From Hydrurus foetidus (Eukaryota), in contig UYFQ01000140.1 in the NCBI GenBank assembly GCA_900617105.1, positions 1-36,539 of the forward strand: a stretch of DNA of 36,539 bases. The letters are read 5' to 3'. The translations under genes and the position numbers were made by a program. Numbering within the stretch: the stretch's first letter is position 1; the number at the start of each line of letters is the position of its first letter. Below, in pieces: positions 28,422-36,539 of this stretch. Under the pieces are notes generated by a model that saw only the letters and a program-made list of their open reading frames with translations, did no database searches and was not told where the DNA came from.

Positions 28422-31400
28422 CTAAACGCTTTGTCTATTTCTCGATGCACGAAATCGACTTGTTCTCTCGCATTTTTGATGCAAAACAAGAACGACTGAA
28501 GTCAGAACAAAAAAAGAAAACAACTTCAAAAAAACCCTTGAAGCGACTCCTAAGAAACTCGCAGCAGATATCAGATGTTCTCCAACGGAATCGTTGTTCA
28601 AGGCTGCCCCCACAGAGGCTATCACAAGACTCATCACTAAGTGCGACGGGCCAGTATTCCCTTCCCCTTTTCTCCTCCTACTCTCCTTAACCTTCACTCT
28701 GTGACGAGTTGGGAAGTTGTCAATCTTCTTCACATTAACCGTTTTTACCGTTTTCAAACTTTTCCGTGATTGTTTCGAAGATTCCGTCACAGATGCAAGG
28801 ATTTTAATTCCACTGCGCTTTGTGTGTGGTGTTTGGTCCAGCGATACACTTTCAAGTGTGCCTACTCTACTCCTCATCTTAGAGGCACCAGAGACAACTT
28901 TACCGTCTGAGTATACAATCGGCTCGATAAGTGAGTACTTCCCAAGACACACATCGTTACCGATGACATTATCGTTCTCTGCAATCGATGATGCCTTCAT
29001 ACAATCATCAGAGGGGCGTCTTTTCTTACTCTGTACTTCCTCTGACAGATCTGTGCTGTGTGCCGACATGGGTGATACAGGGTCTGCAGCCCCAAGGAGA
29101 TGGGGATGAAGGCTTGGACTAGACTTCCCACGACCCTCAAAGATAGTAGGGAGTGGTAGAACAGTGACAGCGTCTTCGAAGTGATTCGTGTCGGAGCAGT
29201 ACATGTCGCTGAGAGAGGAGATAGAGGGCGGGGACATAGGACTCATTTCCGCGTCTGTGTTCAGTGTTGATGACACATCGATGAATGGAGCGGAGAAGAT
29301 CTGTTTCTTTGAGAAGCAGTTGGGGCTTGCCATTTCATCTCCATTATCATTATCGTTGTCATTATCTCCTGTAGTGCAGTGCTCTTGTGTATCACCATCC
29401 ACATTATTGCCGTCACATTGCATTTCGTTGAATGGAAGTATCAAATTGAAGAGCTTTGGACTTGAATGAGGACTCGTAGGTATTGGCTCTAATGAATATG
29501 CACTCTCCTCTGTGTGACTGTGCTGTGCAATAGTCCCTAGACTATCAGCTAATAGGTCATATGTATCACTTCTGATACATGGCAAAAAGAGACCACCTAC
29601 ATTATCCGCTTTTGGTGTGAACATACAATTGCTTTTAAAAACCATATCTGACGATTTTGACGTTATATCAGGGCTGTTTTTAAGCTGATATCCTCCTTTT
29701 CTAAGCACTGTATTCTCAGCTGTTTTTGACAAGATGTGATTGCCTGAGTTACATGGTAATTGTGAGATGTGATTGTCTCCCACAACACCTGCAGTCGCAC
29801 TGATAAATCCTCCACCTCCGCCTCCACCTGCCACTTGCCTCATCTCATCCATTCCTTTCATCGCATCTGGCTTGCAATCGCTGGATGACACTTCCATGTG
29901 TGATGCACTAAGACTGGTCAAGTTGAAAATAGTCGTAATGTCTTCTTTACTATGCAGTGCATGCACTGGTGATGAAGGATCATCTACCGCCCCCTCTCCC
30001 ACACCCACACCACCACCAGCGCAGTTGACATCCCCAGCAGTATCAGAGGTCACTGGGATATAAGGCGGAGCAATCAGCCCTGTTGGCGATCTAGGCTGAG
30101 CCTCTTGAAGTTGAAGTTGGAAAGTGTCGTGGTCATTGCTTGACGTGCAGTACAGCCCCTTAAATGCGATGAAGGGCTGGAATGATATAGGACACAGCAG
30201 TCGAGTTGTAGGTGTAGTTGACTGGGGTGTGGCAGAGTCGCTGTGGTCGTTGTGATCAGTGATAGTCGTGAGGGAGTAGTCATACTCTCCGCTTTGATCT
30301 GCACCACCTCCTAACGTCCTGTTATCTTTCGACATCACTCGAGGCTGAGGTACTTCTCTCTTGAAAGCATTTGCATCGCCTGTGTATCCACATGTCCGCA
30401 CATTGTCTCCGCAGATACTGTAAGATCTCATCGTAGTTCCTTTACTTAAGACTGATGGTAAGTTCTCACACGTCACTTTCGACGGACTGGATTTTGCTAA
30501 CGAGCTCTGTGTTGTGCATGCCACGACTTTTATATTCGCACTCAATTTAAGGCAACCAGAAGATTGAACGTGACTTTTTACATCATCTGTACTTGCAAAA
30601 CTGAAGAAAAAATTTCAGAAGGAGTTAGAAATCTTTCCTTACACATTCGGTGATTCCTTAATGTCACAACAGAACAGAACACATAAAGACAGAGCAGAAT
30701 AGAACACATAAAGACAGAACAGAACACAACGTAACACAACACGTAAGGAAAGGGCAGTAAAGGTTACATCAAACTTACTTCACGAATCCTCTGCTGTTCA
30801 TTGAATTAATGCCAAACACGTAGGCTTCTTGTCTTGTCTTTGTGTAAGGCAAATCGAAGGCCTTGAGCATGTTGAAGGAACACAACAGGTGCAGTGGATT
30901 TACTTGGGGCTGATTCAGGCACAGAATATAACCTAAGTGATAGATGATTGAAGATCATAATTGGTAATAGTATAGTGCTTGAAGCTGTCTGGCATTAATT
31001 GAATTGCTCACCGTATCCATTTGCGTTGTTATGACCAAAACTGAAGTTCCAACTTTGATCGGCATGATCAAACTTAGAGCTCTCGTAGATCGCCACTTCC
31101 GGATTAAAGTTGGGTATCTGGAGTTTCAAAGAATTGTCTTTCAGTGTCTTCTGATTCAATAGATAGCAAAATGTAAAATGTTCACCTCCCAATGTATTTC
31201 ATTCAAGTCAGCGATGTTGTCGCGTGATACATCAAGCGACAGCGGTTTTGGGCTGGTTTTCTTCTCAACTGAACATTCTGGAACTATTTTGTCAGTACTC
31301 AAATCGTCGCTAGCCCAACCAACTTCTCCGTCGCTATCGATTTGTGGACTGTTGTCAGTACTGTCAGTGACGCTTTGAATCTCCTCGGAACCTTCACCTT

Positions 31401-31566
31401 GGCCGATTGTCTTCACTAGATTGATATCATCTTTATTTTGGCTTGTAGAATCTAATTTCACTTTCGCTTTCCTGCGAGATGCTTTCTGGGCTGCAGCACC
31501 GGTGCTGTTGTACATTGTGATGAGCCTCTTGACCGGGCTGCAACTGTCTCCTGAGTCAACAGTCAT
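28422..31566 (-). CDS. MATH/TRAF-like domain protein B (~939 aa) with hydrophobic C-terminus; exons 31566-31186, 31117-31012, 30932-30779, 30600-28422
   Basis: Spliced: IHWEIPNFNPEVAIYESSKFDHADQSWNFSFG...RGFVNFASTDDVKSHVQSSGCLKLSANIKV; internal exons of 106 and 154 nt, as in paralogue A; 5' end uncertain. Confidence 0.8.
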
Positions 31567-32038
31567 CCAAACGAGTGTTTGATTAATCGAAATGCATTTG
31601 ACTCATTGGATGACTTTACTTCCATGACAGAAGTCTCTGGCTATCGACATTGATAAACTTGAATACCTGTCAACAATCGAGTCGGCTGCCATGACTTGGG
31701 TTGCAGCAACGGGTCAATTCACACTAAAGTAAAAAAAAGTGTTACTCCGCTCAGTGACTTGACAGTTGAAATTTCGAATTCTTATTCGGAGTCAGAACCC
31801 AATTGGGGGATTAACCGTATGGTGGTTCCACCTTTATATAGCGAAATCCAAAACATACTTGCTTTTTTGAGTCAGTATGGAGTATGTCTCCTGCTTTTTG
31901 GGACCCGATTCAGGTTTTTTTTTTTCATGTTTCATTCTTTGTGTTGCGCATCGATATCAGTTCGTCGGTTGGATATACTGTAGTTCGTTGTTACACATCT
32001 GGTTCTTGCTACATTGTGGTTGTCACATAGTGGTTGTC

Positions 32039-34643
32039 ATGGATGCCAGTTGTGATGTTGATCTCGTCGATGGGGATCTTGTTGGTGGTCTTGTGATAAA
32101 ACAGCTCGGTGATAATAGTTGCTTGTATCATTCGTTTTGTTTCTTTCTCAATCGGATGTACCAGACGTCGTCTTACACTCCTCGGTTGTTGCGTTCTGAG
32201 ATAAACGATTTCATTCGATCTCATCCGTCTACGTTGCTTTATCTTGGGCCTGGATCTGTTTATTCAGTTGTTGAGTGCATTGCTCTGGAGCACTACAGTA
32301 TTGAACGCTACGTCAACTATATGTCGAAGAGTACGTCCTGGGGTGGTGCGATTGAGCTGGCTTGTATGGTTCACATGTATCCTGTTGATATATACGTTTT
32401 CCAGCCTCATATCGTCAGCCGTTGGATGAAATGGATGACAACTTTTGTAACGCCCCTGCCGGGTCGTAATCGTGTCAATAACTTTTATCTTCTTTACACT
32501 GGCCACAATCATTACGATTGCATTCTCGACCCAGTTCATCACTCATCACATCTGGCCAGTATTCATGATAGTGTGTCTGTTGCTGTAACTAATACTACGG
32601 TTGGTGCTAGGGTAACCGCTACTTGTGCTTCTGTGAAGAGACAGAGAGTTCGTTATCAGTCTATCATTGCAACTCGACGTGGTTGCATTCAGCATTCACG
32701 TAATGAACCCCTGGTTGCTTTGCCTAGAGTCGACTTTCGGAATCGTGCTATTCTTGCTACTAAACGTCTTCTCTCTGTTTCGTCACCATTCAAACATTAC
32801 GGAGATTCTCTTCGGCTTCGTAGGAAGATACCTCGTTGTTTGTTGGATCCTGCGCCTTCACATAGCGCCTCTGACGCTATTGCGTATAGTGATTCCTATG
32901 ATTCGTTATCGAAATTCATAGTATGTGCTATTTGTGGTTTAGAGGGTAGTCGCGTTGGTTGTGTATCTGTTGCAGACGTTGGCGACCTGCTAGAAATGTC
33001 TGGGATCGCCACTAAGTTCAATAACGTGGTTAGTCCTGAACGTTGTAAGAGCAGATATGATACCATATTCAATCGAGAGCTGGATACGTTTTTTAAGGAT
33101 GGGCTTATACGTGATGTGGATACTATATGTCGGACGTGTTCTCGCCAATTACTTTTGAATAATGTTACAAATAATGAATTATCTAGAGGGGGGATAAGTT
33201 GCGAAGATGTTTCAACAAATTTATCAGATGATCAAAGTACCGACTCGGATGGTGGCGAGTCTATTTGTCCTAAGGTGTGTCTATTTCGTGGTTTATTTAC
33301 TGGATCTATACCCAATGAGCTCCAAAATCTAACTTCTGTTGAGGAGAGTATGATTAACATATATAGTGCTGTTACTAATATTAGTCTGGCTGGGGGGAAA
33401 CACTTTAAATCACGGGGCGCTACTTGTTACACAATTATCAATGATCTGACTAGCGTTGCTAAGGAGCTACCTCGCATGCCAACTGTTGATTGTACGGCTG
33501 TACTTCGACATGCCAGTACTAAACTTAACAAAGATTACACGTATCGTCCCAATCGTGTTTATAATGCGCTGATCTGGTTGAAACATAATAACCACTTATA
33601 TGAGGATGTAAAGTTGAAGTGGTCGTCAGAAATTATCGATTGGGCCAATAATTCGGAGTGTATTGATATTCCTTTTATTGATGTATCTGATGCGGAAGAA
33701 CTCGAAATTGATGAAGGTGTAGCTGAAATTCCGTTTCCTGGCGATATACCGTCTTGTAATCCAGGTATGTATGCTTGCCTTGAACAAGTGTCTATGTGTT
33801 CGCTATATTCTGATTGTTAACATAACTTTTTCTACTGTAGCATCTAGTGGACAAGAGCATGAGTTGCTGTTAGCGGCACCTAATACACTCGTCTCATTAT
33901 TGGAAGATATTCGTAATGCGTTGGTCGATCCCCGTACCAAGTCTTTTCAGCGTACGGCTAATCATCAATTTGTTTGTCAATACAAAAATCCAGAATATTA
34001 TTTACCCCGATGTTTTCCTACTATATTTCCATATGGGCGTGGGTGTCCTAGTGATGTTAATTGCAATATGATCACAATGGCAAATTACACTAAGCATATG
34101 CTATCTCTTGGTGGTGGTCCTGACGCCCGTAGATTTCAGCAAAATGCAAAATTTATATTTAGTATGTACACAATGGAAATGAGACGAAAAATAGGTGGTG
34201 TAGCATATCTTGCTCAACGGAAGGAATATGATGAACAAAGCAATGATGATACACCTAATATAAAAGATATCAATGAGTTACTGTCGTATCTAGATGTAAC
34301 GAAGAATACCGAAGTTAATAATGATAATGTCGGAGCGGCTGTTCATTTGATTGTCGATCCTGTGAGTAATTCTGAAGCTATTAATCGAGCGACCGAGATG
34401 GAAAAGTTGATAAAAAGACTAATTCCTTATTCTAAATCCTTACAAGGGACTACATCACAAATTGCATATGAAAGGGGTAAGTTAATGGCTATGTTACCAT
34501 CACCTATTATATGTAATTATGGTTCATGGCGTTTATTTTTTACTACGGCTCCTGCCGATCTCTACGAGAGCCGATTTTACGATGTGGTGGGGAGTCCGAT
34601 TAGTGACAGTTCCATCGAATCATGGGGTGCCCGTCATATTAAG
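32039..34643 (+). CDS. Truncated Helitron RepHel-type protein: OTU cysteine protease, DUF6570-like region and Helitron-like N-terminal Rep region; exons 32039-33764 and 33841-34643, with a short tail from 34710
   Basis: OTU: GDNSCLYHSF, WGGAIEL, HYD. DUF6570-like: CAICG, IPNELQNLTSVEESMI, RPNRVYNALIWLKHNNHLY. Rep N-terminus: CFPTIFPYGRG, RRFQQNAKFIF, LFFTTAPADL. A GT-AG intron joins the two ORFs in phase. Confidence 0.85.
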
Positions 34644-35269
34644 GTGACTTTACTGTTTGCGAATGGTTATTTGTTAGTATGGTCTTAACTATATGTTATT
34701 TTTTCTCAGACTCGCAGTCTTACGAGTCTGATTTTCTTACGAAACCAACCTATGAAGAAGTCCGATCTGTGCTTCCATTCGACCACAAGTGGCTGCCGAA
34801 CTCAGCTATCGGTCCTGTAACATAGTGGCATATATGGTTAGTGGTGATATCTGTTTTGCGTTGTTATGTCTAGTTGAAGGTTCCATTCCGTGAGTTTACA
34901 TGCCTTCCGTTCAGTTGAGAGGAGCCCCATATTCTTCACAATATTGTTATTGCTAGACAAGTCAGCTACGTGTGGTTTCCTTACGGCTTTTATTCACATT
35001 TAATGATCTACAAACGTGGAGGGTCAGAGCACGTATCTCTGTTGTTCCAACACGAAGCATTTCATTGTCCGTGAGATATAGTCCATTCGGGAAGTCACGA
35101 ATCGCATAGCGCTTATGTGGTTAAGGCGCTTTCGAAGGGTACCGATGCTTTTCTTTCTGTCAACATTGAGGATGTTGCAGAGAGTTCCCGGTTAGAGTGG
35201 ATGGATACCTGCAATGCAAGTTGAATCGTGGATACGGAGATGTGAGACAATTAACGACCGTATTAATAC

Positions 35270-36539
35270 GATGCGTCCCGGGACGCGTTCTATCTATACG
35301 GATAGTGACAATATTGTATTTACGCGGTGTTTCGAAGTACAGAATACAATAATTATAGTAATTTCTGTATTCATACAGAATACAATTCGTACACAGACTT
35401 CCGTATAGATACGATGCGTCCCGGACGCATCCTGTCTATACGGATAACGAATATAATGTATTCACGCGGTGTTATGACGTACAGAATACAATAATTATAT
35501 CAATTTCTGTATACATACAGAATACAATTCGTAACACACTACCGTAGTAGATACGATGCGTCCCGGGACGCATCCTGTCTATACGGATAACGAATATAAT
35601 GTATTCACGCGGTGTTTTGAAGTACAGAATACAATAATTATATCAATTTCTGTATTCATACAGAATACAATCCATACACACACTACCGTATAGATACGAT
35701 GCGTCCCGGGACGCATCCTGTCTATACGGATAACGAATATAATGTATTCACGCGGTGTTATGAAGTACAGAATACAATATAACATATCATTTCTGTATAC
35801 ATACAGAATACAATTCATACACACACTACCGTATAGATACGATGTCCCGGGACGCATCCTGTCTATACGGATAACGAATACAAAATGTATTCACGCGGTG
35901 TTTTGAAGTACAGAATACAATAATTATATCAATTTCTGTATACATACAGAATACAATTCGTACACACACTACCGTATAGATACGATGCGTCCCGGACGCA
36001 TCCTGTCTATACGGATAACGAATATAATGTATTCACGCGGTGTTATGAAGTACAGAATACAATAATTATATCAATTTCTGTATACATACAGAATACAATT
36101 CATACACAGACTACCGTATAGATACGATGCGTCCCGGACGCATCCTGTCTATACGGATAACGAATATAATGTATTCACGCGGTGTTATGACGTACAGAAT
36201 ACAATAATTATATCAATTTCTGTATTCATACAGAATACAATTCGTACACACACTACCGTATAGATACGATGCGTCCCGGGACGCATCCTGTCTATACGGA
36301 TAACGAATATAATGTATTCACGCGGTGTTATGAAGTACAGAATACAATAATTATATCAATTTCTGTATACATACAGAATACAATTCATACACACACTACC
36401 GTATAGATACGATGCGTCCCGGGACGCATCCTGTCTATACGGATAACGAATATAATGTATTCACGCGGTGTTTGAAGTACAGAATACAATAATTATATCA
36501 ATTTCTGTATACATACAGAATACAATTCATACACACTAC
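35270..36539. repeat. ~143-bp tandem repeat, at least 9 units, each with a palindromic core
   Basis: GATGCGTCCCGGGACGCATC-type cores at 35270, 35413, 35555, 35698, 35841, 35984, 36126, 36268 and 36411; the array runs off the window. Confidence 0.97.

Larger units (their letters stand above)
31877..36539 (+). mobile_element. Helitron-superfamily element (Helitron2/Helentron-like), internally deleted; boundaries uncertain
   Basis: OTU and Rep N-terminal coding region followed by a tandem palindrome array; no helicase in the window. Confidence 0.75.

Noticed and set aside
26959..30063. Plus-strand ORFs of 90-180 aa opposite the MATH genes
   Set aside because: Antisense shadows of long coding exons with no independent motifs.
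35270..36539. Regularly spaced palindromes resembling CRISPR repeats or integron attC sites
   Set aside because: The sequence between palindromes is itself repeated nearly identically, so it is a tandem repeat without variable spacers or cassettes.

Overview
Intron-rich eukaryotic DNA, probably from a protist or alga; the taxon cannot be fixed from the sequence. From left to right: (1) A decayed Ty1/copia retrotransposon with an internal inversion and a gag UGA-CUA junction in frame with the protease. (2) A full-length minus-strand Ty3/gypsy chromovirus (LTRs 4154-4422 and 9614-9882), flanked by an unusual 25-bp duplication and carrying a candidate intron at the gag/pol boundary. (3) A partial duplicate of the downstream thioredoxin reductase gene whose exons can be spliced in frame onto a GT25-like glycosyltransferase gene. 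(4) A 19-exon animal-type thioredoxin reductase (610 aa by manual splicing) with an N-terminal atypical glutaredoxin-like domain, a C-terminal S-C-U-G (UGA = selenocysteine) and a candidate SECIS; its introns hold a foldback element and a 35-bp minisatellite. (5) Two tandem minus-strand MATH-domain paralogues with identical intron positions, invisible in the ORF track. (6) An internally deleted Helitron-type Rep gene with an OTU protease domain, followed by a ~143-bp tandem array of palindromes that runs off the window. All exon models were built by hand from GT/GC-AG sites and frame continuity. No database search was possible.
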